DNA of 64,000 bases, taken from assembly GCA_964016885.1 (NCBI GenBank), contig OZ024756.1:7874001-7938000 (forward strand), written 5' to 3'. The notes below the pieces were generated by a model, which was not told where the DNA came from, ran no database searches, and worked only from the letters and a program-made list of their open reading frames with translations. Made by a program: the position numbers and the translations under genes. Of the stretch, positions 30,201 to 44,400 are shown in pieces. Position 1 is the first letter of the stretch. Each line of letters opens with the position of its first letter. The stretch comes from Eledone cirrhosa (taxonomy: Eukaryota).

Positions 30201-30922
30201 TATATCTCACTCTCTAGATTATCTAATCTATAGACTTACTATATCACACTCTCTACATTATCTAAACTATTGTGTTACGATAGATATCTCACTCTCTACA
30301 TTATATAATCTATGGTCTTACTATGTCTCACTCTCTACAATATCTAATCTATTGTCTTACTATATATATCTCACTCTGTACATTATTTGATCTATAGCCT
30401 TACTATATATATGACACTCTACATTATCTAATTTATAGTCTTACTATGTCACACTCCCTACATGATCTATTCTATAGATAAGATAATGTAGAGAGGGAGA
30501 TAGAGTAAGACTATATATTAGATAATGTAAAGAGAGTGATAGAGTAAGACTATAGATTAGATAATGTAGAGATAGTGATATAGTAAGAGTATAGATTCGA
30601 GAATGTAGAGAGTGTGATATATATTGTAAGACTATAGATTAGATAATGTAGAGAGTGTGACATATATAGTAAGACTATAGATTGGATAATGTAGAGAGTG
30701 TGATATAGTAAGACTATAGATTATATAATGGGGAGTGTGTGATATAGTAAGACTATAGATTAGATAATGTAGAGAGTGTGATATAGTAAGACTATAGATT
30801 AGATAATGTAGAGATAGTGATATAGTAAGACTATAGATTAGATAATGTAGAGAGTGTGATATAGTAAGACTATAGATTAGATAATGTAGAGTGTGTGATA
30901 TAGTAAGATTATATATTAGATA

Positions 30923-31108
30923 GTTGTTTCTACTTTAAGCACAACGCCAGCAATTCACCAGTAACGTTACTGGTACTTTATTTTATCGACCCCGTAAGGA
31001 TGAACGGCAAAGATAACCTCGGCAAGATTTGAACTTAAACGGTAAAGTGACGTAACTATGCTAGAAAGCATGGCATCCAAACTTCTACGGATACTGCCAA
31101 TCAACCAT
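30923..31108 (-). mobile_element. tRNA-derived SINE-like insert, copy 4 (variant b)
   Basis: Appears identical to copy 3 with the same flanks, offset by 6,875 bp. Confidence 0.82.
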
Positions 31109-34100
31109 GTAAGACTATATATATTAGATAATGTAGAGAGTGTGATATAGTAAGACTATAGGTTAGAGAATGTAAAGAGTGTGATATATAGTGTATGACT
31201 ATAGATTAGATAATGTAGAGAGTGTGATATATATAGTAAGACTATAGATTAGATAATGTAGAAAGTGTGATACATATAGTAGGACTTTAGATTAGACAAT
31301 GTAGAGAGTGTGATATGGTAAGACTATAGATTAGATAATGTAGAGAGTGTGATATATATAGTAAGACTATATATTAGATAATGTAGAGCATGTGGTATAG
31401 TAAGACTATAGATTAGATAAAGTAGAGAGTGAGATATATATAGTAAGACTATATATTATATAATGTAGAGAGTGTGATATAGTAATACTATAGATTATAA
31501 AATGTAGAGAGTGTGATATAGTAAGACTATAGATTAGATAATTTAGGGAGAATGATATAGTAAGGCTATAGATTAGATAATGTAGAGAGTGTGATATAGT
31601 AAGACTATAGATTATATAATGTAGAGTATGTGATATATATAGTAAAACTATAGATTTTCTAATGTAGAGAGTGAGATATATATAATAAGACTATAGATTA
31701 GAATATGTAGAGTGTGTGATATATATAGTAAGACTATAGATTAGAATATGTAGAGAGTGTGATATATATAGTAAGACTATAGATTAGATAATGTAGAGAG
31801 TGTGATATATATATTAAAATTATAGATTAGATAGTGTGGAGAGTGTGATATAGAATGACTATATATTAGATAATATTGAGTGTCTGATATATTAAGACTA
31901 TAGATTAGATAATGTAGAGAGTGAGATATATATAGTAAGACTATATATTATATAATGTAGAGAGTGTGATATAGTAATACTATAGATTACAAAATGTAGA
32001 GAGTGTGATATAGTAAGACTATAGATTAGATAATGTAGAGAGAGTAATATAGTAAGACTATAGATTAGATAATGTAGGGAGAATGATATTGTAAGACTAT
32101 AGATTAGATAATGTAGAGTGTGTGATATAGTAAGACTATAGATTATATAATATAGAGAGTCTGATATATATATTAAAATTATAGATTAGATAATGTGGAG
32201 AGTGTGATATAGAATGACTATATATTAGATAATATTGAGAGTCTGATATATTAAGACTATAGATTAGATAATGTAGAGAGTGTGATATATCTAGAAAGAA
32301 TATAGGTTAGATAATGCAGAGAGTATTTTATATATAGTAAGACTATAGATTAGATAATGTAGAGAGTGTGATATATATAATAAGACTATAGATTATATAA
32401 TGTAGAGAGTGTGATATAGTAAGACTATAGATTAGATAATGTAGGGAGAATGATATAGTAAGACTATAGATTAGATAATGTAGAGAGTGTGATATATCTA
32501 GAAAGAATATAGGTTAGATAATGCAGAGAGTATTTTATATATAGTAAGACTATAGATTAGATAATGTAGAGAGTGTGATATATATAGTAAGGCTATAGAT
32601 TATCTAATGTAGAGAGTGAGATATATATAATAAGACTATAGATTAGATTATGTAGAGAGTGTGATATATATAGTAAGACTATAGATTAGAATATGTAGAG
32701 AGTGTGATATACATATAGTAAGAATATAGATTAGATAATGTAGAGAGTGTGATATATATAGTAATACTATAGATTAGATAATGTAGAGAGTGTGATATAT
32801 ATATAGTAAGACTATAGATTATATAATCTAGGGAGTCTGATATAAATAGTAAATCTATATATTAGATGATATAGAGAGTGTGATATATCTAATCTATATT
32901 CTTACTATATTTCACTCTAAACAATATCTAATCTATAGGCTCACTATATATATCACACACTCTACATTATATAATCTATAGTCTTACTATATCGCACTCT
33001 GTACATTATATAATGCATAGTATAGATATACATTAGACAATGTAGAGAGTGTGATATAGTAACACTATATATTAGATAATGTAGGGAGAATGATATAGAA
33101 AGACAGATGAGACAATGTAGAGAGTGTGATATAAATAGTAAAACTATAGATTAGAATAATGTAGAGAGTGTGATATAGTAAGACTATAGATTAGAAAATG
33201 TGGAGATGGTGATATAGTAACACTATAGATTAGACAATGTAGAGAGTGTGATATAGTACGACTATAGATTATATAATGTAGAGAGTGAGATATGTATTGT
33301 AAGACTATGATGTAAAGAGTGTGATAAATATATTAAGACTATAGATTAGATAATGTGGAGAGTGTGATATAGTAAGACTATAGATTAGATAATGAAGAGA
33401 GTGTGATATGTATAGTGAGACTATAGATTAGATTATGTAGAGAGTGTGATATATATAGTAAAACTATAGATTAGATAATGTGGAGAGTGTGATATAGTAA
33501 GACTATAGATTAGATGATGTAAAGAGTGTGATAAATATAGTAAGACTATAGATTAGATAATGTTGAGTGTGTGATATATATAGGAAGACTATAGATTAGA
33601 TAATGTAGAGTGTGTGATATATATAGGAAGATTATAGATTAGATAATGTAGAGAGTGTGATATAGTAAGACTATAGATTAGATAATGCAGAGAGTTTGAT
33701 ATATATAGTAAGACTATAAATTAGATAATATAGATAGTGTGATATAGTAAGACAATATATTTGATAATGTATAGAGTGTGATATAATAAGACTATAGATT
33801 AGATAATGTAGAGAGTGTGATATATATAATAAAACTATAGATTAGATGATGTAAAGAGTGTGATATATATAGTAAGACTATAGATTAGATAATGTAGAGA
33901 GTGTGATATATAGAGTATGACTATAGATTAGAAAATGTAGAGAGTGAGATATAGTAAGATTACAGTATCTAATATATAGTCTTTCTATATATATCTCACT
34001 CTCTACATTATCTAATCTATAGTCTTACTATATCACACTCTCTACATTATATAATATATAGTCTTTCTATATATATCACACTCTCTACATTATCTAATCT

Positions 34101-35849
34101 ATAGTCTTTCTATATCGCCCTCTCTACATTATATAATATATAGGCTTACTATATATATCTCACTCTCTACATTATCTAATCTATAGTCTTACTATATCTC
34201 ACTCTCTACATTATCTAATCTATAGTCTTACTATACCACACGCTCTACATTATATAATATATAGTCTTACTATATATATCACACTCTCTACATTATCTAC
34301 TCTCTAGTATTACCATATCACACTCTCTACATTTTCTAATCCATAGACTTACTATATCACACTCTCTACATTATCTAATCTATAGTCTTACTATATCACA
34401 CTCTCTACATTATATAATATATAGTCTTACTATATATATCACACTCTCTACATTATCTAATCTATAGTCTTACTATATCACACTCTCTACATTATCTCAT
34501 CTATAGTCTTACTATATCACAAGATCTACATTATCTAATATATAATCTTACTATATCACATGATCTACATTATCTAATCTATAGTCTTACTATATCACAC
34601 TCTCTACATTATATAATCTATAGTCTTTCTATATCGCCCTCTCTACATTATGTAATATATAGTCTTACTATATATATCTCTCTCTCTACATTATCTAATC
34701 TATAGTCTTACTATATCTCACTCTCTACATTTTCTAATCTACAGTCTTACTATATCTCACTCTCTACATTATCTAATTTATAGTCTTACTATATATATCA
34801 CACTCTCTACATTATCTAATCTTTAGACTTACTATATCACACACTCTACATTATCTAATCTATAGTCTTACTATATATATCACACTCTGTACATTATCTA
34901 ATCTATAGTCTTACTATATCTATCACACTCTCTACATTATCTAATATATAGTCTTACTATATCACACACTCTGCATTATCTAATCTATAGTCTTAGTATA
35001 TATATCCCACTCTCTGCATTATCTAATCTATAGTCTTACTATATATATATCACACACTCTACATTATCTAATCTATAGTCTTACTATATATATATCTCAC
35101 TCTCTACAGTAACTAATCTATAATCTTACTATATCACATTCTCTACATTATCTAATATATAGTCTCACTATATCACACTCTCTACAATATATAATTTATA
35201 GTCTTACTTAATATATCTCACTCTCTACATTATCTAATCTATAGTCTTACTATATCACACTCTCTACATTATCTAATATATAGTCTCACTATATCACTCT
35301 CTCTACATTATCTAATCTATAGCCTTACTATATATATCTCACTCTCTACATTATTAAATATATAGTCTTACTATATCACAATATCTACATCATCTAATCT
35401 ATAGGCTTACTATATATATCTGACTCTCTATATTATCTAATCTATAGTCTTACTATATCACACTCTCTACATTATCTAATCTATAGTCTTACTATATATA
35501 TCTCACTATCTACATTATCTAATCTATAGTATTACTATATATATCACACTCTCTACATGATCTAAACTATAGTCTTACTATATATATCACACTCTCTACA
35601 TGATCTAATCTATAGTCTTACTATATATATCACACTCTCTACATTATCTAATCTATAGTCTTACTATATATATCACACTCTCTACATTATCTAATCTATA
35701 GTCTTACTATATATATCACACTCTCTACATTATCTAATCTAGAGTCTTACTATATATATCACACTCTCTATATGATCTAATCTATAGTCTTACTATATAT
35801 ATCGCACTCTCTATATTATCTAATCTATAGTCTTACTATATATATCACA

Positions 35850-38800
35850 CTCTCTACATTATGTAATCTATAGTATTATTATATCACACTCTCTACATTA
35901 TCTAATCTATAGTCTTTCTATATCACACTATCTACATTATCTAATCTATAGCTTACTATATCACACTCGCTACATTATCTAATCTATAGTCTTACTATAT
36001 AGATCACACTCTCTACATTATCTAATCTATAGTCTTACTACATATATAACACTCTCTACATTATCTATTCTATGGTCTTACTATATCACACTCTCTACAT
36101 TATCTAATCTATAGTCCTACTATATATATCTCACTCTCTACATTATCTAATCTATTGTCTTACTATATATATGACGCCCTCTACATTATCTAATCTAGAG
36201 ACTTACTATATCACCCACTCTACAATATCTAATCTATAGTCTTTCTATATATATCTCACTCTCTATATTATCATATATATAGTCTTACTATATCACACTC
36301 TCTACATTATCTAATATATAGTCTTACTATATTACACTCTTTACATTATTTATTCTATAGTCTTACTATACCTCACTCTCTACATTATCTAATCCATAGT
36401 CTTATTATATCACACTCTCTACATTATGTAATATATAGTCTTACTATATCACACTCTCTATATTATCTAATCTATATTCTTACTATATATATCTCACTCT
36501 CTACATTATCTAATCTATATTCTTACTATATATATCTCACTCTATACATTATCTAATCTATAGTCTTACTATATCACACCCTCTACATTATCTAATCTAT
36601 AGTCTTACTATATCACACTCTCTAAATTATCTAATCTATAGTCTTACTATATTACACTCTTTACATTATTTATTCTATAGTCTTACTATATCACACTCTC
36701 TACATTATCTAATCTATATTCTTACTATATACATCCCCCTCTCTGCATTATCTATTCTATAGTCTTACTATATCACACTCGCTACATCATCTAATCTATC
36801 GTCTTACTTCATCTCACTCTCTACATTATATAAGCTATAGTCTTACTATATATATCACACTCTCTACATTATCTAATCTATAGTCTTACTATATATATCG
36901 TAATCTCTATATTATCTAATCTATAGTCTTTCTATATCGCAGTCTCTACATTATCAAATCCATGGTCTTACTATATCACACTCTCTACATTATCCAATCT
37001 ATTGTCTTACTATATCACACTCTCTAAATTATCTAATCTATAGTCTTACTATATATATCACACTCTCTACATTATGTAATCTATAGTATTATTATATCAC
37101 ACTCTCTACATTATCTAACCTATAGTCTTTCTATATCACACTATCTACATTATCTAATCTATAGCTTCCTATATCACACTCGCAACATTATCTAATCTAT
37201 AGTCTTACTATATATATCACACTCTCTACATTATCTAATCTATAGTCTTACTACATATATAACACTCTCTACATTATCTATTCTATGGTCTTACTATATC
37301 TCACTCTCTACATTATCTAATCTATAGTCTTACTATATATATGACGCCCTCTACATTATCTAATCTAGAGACTTACTATATCACACACTCTACAATATCT
37401 AATCTATAGTCTTTCTATATATATCTCACTCTCTATATTATCATATATATAGTCTTACTATTTCACACTCTCTACATTATCTAATATATAGTCTTACGAT
37501 ACCTCACTCTCTACATTATCTAATCCATAGTCTTATTATATCACACTCTCTACATTATGTAATATATAGTCTTACTATATCACACTCTCTATATTATCTA
37601 ATCTATATTCTTACTATATATATCTCACACTCTACATTATCTAATCTATATTCTTACTATATATATCTCACTCTATACATTATCTAATCTATAGTCTTTC
37701 TATATCACACCCTCTACTTTATCTAATCTGTAGTCTTACTATATCGCACTCTCTATATTATCTAATATATAGTCATACTATATCACACTCTCTAAATTAT
37801 CTAATCTATAGTCTTACTATATTACACTCTTTACATTATTTATTCTATAGTCTTACTATATCACACTCTCTACATTATCTAATCTATATTCTTACTATAT
37901 ACATCCCACTCTCTGCATTATCTATTCTATAGTCTTACTATATCACACTCGCTACATCATCTAATCTATTGTCTTACTTCATCTCACTCTCTACATTATA
38001 TAAGCTATAGTCTTACTCTATATATGACACTCTCTACATTATCTAATCTATAGTCTTACTATATATATCACACTCTCTAGATTATCTAATCTATCGTCTT
38101 ACTATATCACACTTTCTACATTATCTAAGCTATAGTCTTTCTATATCGCAGTCTCTACATTATCAAATCCATAGTCTTACTATATCAAACTCTCTACATT
38201 ATCTAATCTATTGTCTTACTATATCACACTCTCTACATTATCTAATGTATAGTCGTATTATATATATCACACTCTCTAGATTATCTAATCTATTGTCTTA
38301 CTATATCACACTCTCTACATTATCTAAGCTATAGTCTTACTATATACGTCTCACTATCTACATTATCTAATCTATAGTCTTACTATATACATCACACTGT
38401 CTACATTATCTAATCTATAGTCTTACTCTATACATCATCCAATACTCGCTACATTATCCAATCTATAGTCTTACTATATCTCACTCTCTATATTATCTAA
38501 TCTACAGTCTTACTATATATATCACATTCTCTACATTATCTAATATATACACTTGCCATATCACACTCTCTATATTATCTAATCTATAGTCTTACTATAT
38601 ATATCACATTCTCTACATTATCTAATATATAGTCTTGCTACATCACACTCTCTAATCTATGATATTATTATATTATACTCTCTACATTTTCTATTCTATA
38701 GTCTTACTATATATATCACACTCTCTAGATTATCTAATCTATTTTCTTACAATATATAAATCCCTATCTACATTGTTTAATACATAGTCTTACTCTATCT

Positions 38801-41400
38801 GACTCTGTACATTATCTAATCTATAGTCTTACTATATATATCTCACCATCTACATTATCTAATTTATAGTCTTTCCACATCCCACTCCCTACATTATCTA
38901 ATCTATAGTCTTACTATATCACAATCTCTACATCATATAACCTATAGTCTTACTATATATATCACAATCTCTACATGATCTAATCTATAGTCTTACTATA
39001 TATATCACACTCTCTACATTATCTAATCTATAGTCTTACTATATATATCTCACTATCTACATTATCTAATCTATAGTCTTACTATATATATCACACTCTC
39101 TACATGATCTAATCTATAGTCTTACTATATATATCACACTCTTTATATTATCTAATCTATAGTCTTTCTATATCGCAGTCTCTACATTATCAAATCCATA
39201 GACTTACTATATCACACTCTCTACATTATCTAATCTATTGTCTTACTATATCACACTCTCTACATTATCTAATCTATTGTCTTACTATATCACACTCTCT
39301 ACATTATCTAATCTATAGTCTTTCTATATCACACTATCTACATAATCTAATCTATAGTTTACTATATCACACTCGCTACATTATCTAATCTATAGTCTTA
39401 CTATATATATCACACTCTCTACATTATCTAATCTATAGTCCTACTATATATATCTCACTCTCTACATTATCTAATCTATAGTCTTACTATATATATGACG
39501 CCCTCTACATTATCTAATCTAGAGACTTACTATATCACACACTCTACAATATCTAATCTATAGTCTTTCTATATATATCTCACTCTCTATATTATCATAT
39601 ATATAGTCTTACTATATCACAATCTCTACATTATCTAATATATAGTCTTACGATACCTCACTCTCTACATTATCTAATCCATAGTCTTATTATATCACAC
39701 TCTCTACATTATGTAATATATAGTCTTACTATATCACACTCTCTATATTATCTAATCTATATTCTTACTATATATATCTCACTCTCTACATTATCTGATC
39801 TATATTCTTACTATATATATCTCACTCTATACATTATCTAATCTATAGTCTTACTATATCACACCCTCTACATTATCTAATCTATAGTCTTACTATATCA
39901 CAGGCTCTACTTTGTCTATTCTATAGTCATACTATATCACACTCTCTAAATTATCTTATCTATACTCTTACCATATCACACTCTCTACATTATCTAATCT
40001 ATAGTCTTATTATATCTCACTCTCTACATTATCTAATCTATAGTCTTACTATATAAATCACACTCTCTACATTATCTAATCTATAGTCGTACTATATATA
40101 TCACACTCTCTAGATTATCTAATCTATTGTCTTACTATATCTCACTCTCTACATTATCTAATCTATAGTCTTACTATATCTATCACACTCTCTACATTAT
40201 CTAATATATAGTCTTACTATATCACACACTCTGTATTATCTAATCTATAGTCTTAGTATATATATCCCACTCTCTGCATTATCTAATCTATAGTCTTACT
40301 ATATATATATCACACTCTCTACATTATCTAATCTATAGTCTTACTATATATATCTCACTATCTACATTATCTAATCTATAGTCTTACTATATATATCACA
40401 TTCTCTACATGATCTAATCTATAGTCTTACTATATATATCACACTCTCTACATGATCTAATCTATAGTCTTACTATATATATCAGACTCTCTACATTATC
40501 TAATCTATAGTCTTACTATATATATATCTCAATATCTACATTATCTAATCTATAGTCTTACTATATATATCACACTCTCTACATGATCTAATCTATAGTC
40601 TTACTATATATATCACACTCTCTACATGATCTAATCTATAGTCTTACTATATATATCACACTCTCTATATTATCTAATCTATAGTCTTTCTATATCGCAG
40701 TCTCTACATTATCAAATCCATAGTCTTACTATATCAAACTCTCTACATTATCTAATCTATTGTCTTACTATATCACACTCTCTACATTATCTAAGCTATA
40801 GTCTTACTATATACGTCTCACTCTCTACATTATCTAATCTATAGTCTTACTATATACATCACACTGTCTACATTATCTAATCTATAGTCTTACTCTATAC
40901 ATCACACTCTCTACATTATCTAATCTATAGTCTTACTATATACATCACACTCGCTACATTATCCAATCTATAGTCTTACTATATCTCACTCTCTATATTA
41001 TCTAATCTAAAGTCTTACTATATATATCACATTCTCTACATTATCTAATATATACACTTGCCATATCACACTCTCTATATTATCTAATCTATAGTCTTAC
41101 TATATATATCACATTCTCTACATTATCTAATATATAGTCTTGCTACATCACACTCTCTAATCTATGATATTATTATATTATACTCTCTACATTTTCTATT
41201 CTATAGTCTTACTATATATATCACACTCTCTAGATTATCTAATCTATTTTCTTACAATATATAAATCCCTATCTACATTGTTTAATACATAGTCTTACTC
41301 TATCTGACTCTGTACATTATCTAATCTATAGTCTTACTATATCACAATCTCTACATCATATAACCTATAGTCTTACTATATATATCACCCTCTACAATAT
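35850..41400. repeat. Patchwork of diverged 0.6-1.2-kb sub-duplications within the unidirectional domain
   Basis: ATGACGCCCT occurs at ~36171, ~37341 and ~39495. ATAAATCCCTATCTACATTGTTTAATACATAG occurs at ~38756 and ~41261. Confidence 0.75.
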
Positions 41401-44400
41401 CTAATCTATAGTCTTACTATATCTCACTCTCTACATTATCTAATCTATAGTATTACTATATCACACTCTCTACATTATTTATTCCATAGTCTTACTATAT
41501 CACACTCTGTACATTATCTAATCTATAGTCTTACTATATAGCACTCTCTACATCGTCTAATCTATAGTCTTCTTATATCACAGTCTCTACTTTATCTACT
41601 CTATAGTCTTACTATATATATCACACTCTCTACATTATCTAATCTATAGTCTTACTATATCACACTCTCTACATTATCTAATCTATAGTCTTACTATATC
41701 TCACTCTCTACATTATCTAATCTATATTCTTACTATATCACAGTCTCTACATTATCTAATCTATAGTCTTACTATATATATCACACTCTCTAAATTATCT
41801 AATCTATAGTCTTACTATATATATCCCACTCTCTTCATTATCTAATCCATAGTCTTACTATATCACTCTCTCTACATTATCTAATCTATATTCTTACAAC
41901 ATATATCACGCTCTCTACATTATCTAATCTATAATCTTACTATATATATCTCACTCTGTACATTATCTAATCTATAGTCTTACTATATAGCACTCTCTAC
42001 ATCGTCTAATCTATAGTCTTACTATATCACACTCTGTACATTATCTAATCTATAGTCTTACCATATCGCACTCTCTACATTATCTAATCTATAGTCTTAC
42101 TATATGACACTCTCTACATTATCTATTCTATAGTCTTACTATTTCTCACTCTCTACATTATCTAATCTATAGTCTTACTATATCACAGTCTCTACATTAT
42201 CTAATCTATAGTCTTACTATATATATCTCACTCTCTACATTATCTAATCTATAGTATTACTATATCACACTCTCTACATTATTTATTCTATAGTCTTACT
42301 ATATCACGCTCTGTACATTATCTAATCTATAGTCTTACTATATCGCACTCTCTACATTGTCTAATCTATAGTCTTACTATATGACACTCTCTACATTATC
42401 TATTCTATAGTCTTACTATATCTCACTCTCTACATTATCTAATCTATAGTCTTACTATATCACAGTCTCTACATTATCTAATCTATAGTCTTACTATATA
42501 TATCACACTCTCTACATTATCTAATCTATAGCCTTACTGTATCACACTCACTACATTATCTAATCTAGATATCTTACTATATATATCACACTCTCTACAT
42601 TATCTAATCTATAGTCTTTCTATATATATCACACTCTCTACATTATCTAATCTATAGTGTTGCTACATATATCACACTCTCTACAATATCTAATATATAG
42701 TCTTACTATATCACATTCTCTACATTATCTAATCTATACCCTTACTATATATATCACACTCTCTACATTATCTATTCTATAGTCTTACTATATATATCAC
42801 CCTCTACATTATCTAATCTATAGTGTTACTACATATATCACACTCTCTAAATTATCTAATCTATATTCTTACTACATATATCACACTCTCTACATTATCT
42901 AATCTATAATCTTACTATATATATCTCGCTCTCTACATTATCTAATCTATAGTATTACTATATCTCACTCTCTACATTTTTTATTCTATAGTCTTACTAT
43001 ATCACACTCTGTACATTATCTAATCTATAGTCTTACTATATCGCACTCTCTACATTGTCTAATCTATAGTCTTACTATATGACGCTCTCTACATTATCTA
43101 TTCTATAGTCTTACTATATCTCACTCTCTACATTATCTAATCTATAGTCTTACTATATCACAGTCTCTACATTATCTAATCTATAGTCTTACTATATATA
43201 TCACACTCTCTACATTATCTAATCTAGAGTGTTGCTACATATATCACACTCTCTACAATATCTAATATATAGTCTTACTATATCACATTCTCTACATTAT
43301 CTAATCTATACCCTTACTATATATATCACACTCTCTACATTATCTATTCTATAGTCTTACTATATATATCACACTCTCTGCATTATCTAATCTATAGTCT
43401 TACTATATATATCACACTCTACATTATCTAATCTATAGTCTTACTATATACATCACACTCTCTACATTATCTAATCTATAGTGTTGCTACATATATCACA
43501 CTCTCTACAATATCTAATATATAGTCTTACTATATCACACTCTCTACATTATCTAATCTATATTCTTACTACATATATCACACTCTCTACATTATCTGAT
43601 CTATAATCTTACTATATATATCTCACTCTCTACATTATCTAATCTATAGTATTACTATATCACACTCTCTACATTATTTATTCTATAGTCTTACTATATC
43701 ACACTCTGTACATTATCTAATCTATAGTCTTACTATATCGCACTCTCTACATTGTCTAGTCTATAGTCTTACTATATGACACTCTCTACATTATCTAATC
43801 TATAGTCTTACTATATCTCACTCTCTACATTATCTAATCTATAGTCTTACTATATCACAGTCTCTACTTTATCTAATCTATAGTCTTACTATATATATCA
43901 CACTCTCTACATTATCTAATCTATAGTCTTACTATCTCACACTCTCTACATTATCTAATCTATAGTCTTACTATATCTCACTCTCTACATTATCTAAACT
44001 ATAGTCTTAATATATCACAGTCTCTACATTATCTAATCTATTGTCTTACTATATATATCACACTCTCTACATTATCTATTCTATCGTCTTACTATATATA
44101 TCACACTCTCTACATTATCTAATCTATATTCTTGCTACATATATCACACTCTCTACATTATCTATTCTATAATCTTACTATATATATCTCACTTTCTACA
44201 TTATCTAATCTATAGTATTACTATATCACACTCTCTACATTATTTATTCTATAGTCTTACTATATCACACTCTGTACATTATCTAATCTATAGTCTTACA
44301 ATATCGCACTCTCTACATTTTCTAATCTATTGTCTTACTATATGACACTCTCTACATTATCTAATCTATAATCTTACTATATCTCACTCTGTACAATATC

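Larger units (their letters stand above)
1..33965. repeat. Inversion-rich satellite domain with alternating G-strand and C-strand blocks (about 39 orientation switches)
   Basis: Switches seen near 60, 195, 1295, 1387, 2531, 3580, 5028, 5600, 6768, 7592, 7880, 8296, 8933, 9800, 10808, 10940, 12763, 13630, 14638, 14770, 16910, 17327, 17999, 19070, 19745, 20360, 21032, 22102, 22780, 23600, 26012, 26145, 27090, 28980, 29655, 30477, 32888, 33020 and 33965. Confidence 0.93.
21690..35255. repeat. Tandem duplication of a ~6.9-kb unit (second copy ~6.6 kb)
   Basis: Offsets are 6,920 at 21701/28621, 6,875 at the SINE and ~6,631 at 28561/35192. Rare junctions GCATAGTATAGATATACATTAG (~26140, ~33016) and GATTACAGTATC (~27083, ~33958) are shared. 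Confidence 0.88.

Noticed and set aside
1-33965. Inversions as whole-genome-amplification or fold-back read chimeras
   Set aside because: Largely rejected: junctions recur at fixed positions with diverged sub-lineages, and adjacent arms are not exact mirror copies. Raw-read confirmation is still needed.
1-33965. Autonomous Foldback, Helitron or site-specific invertible (shufflon-like) system
   Set aside because: No transposase, Rep/helicase or recombinase sequence and no element termini are present. The shared junction variants are better explained by duplication of old junctions.
38425-38455. Odd segment CATCATCCAATACTCGCT as a possible foreign insert
   Set aside because: Comparison with the paralogous block near 40890-40960 shows a locally scrambled or deleted pair of monomers, too short to assign to anything else.
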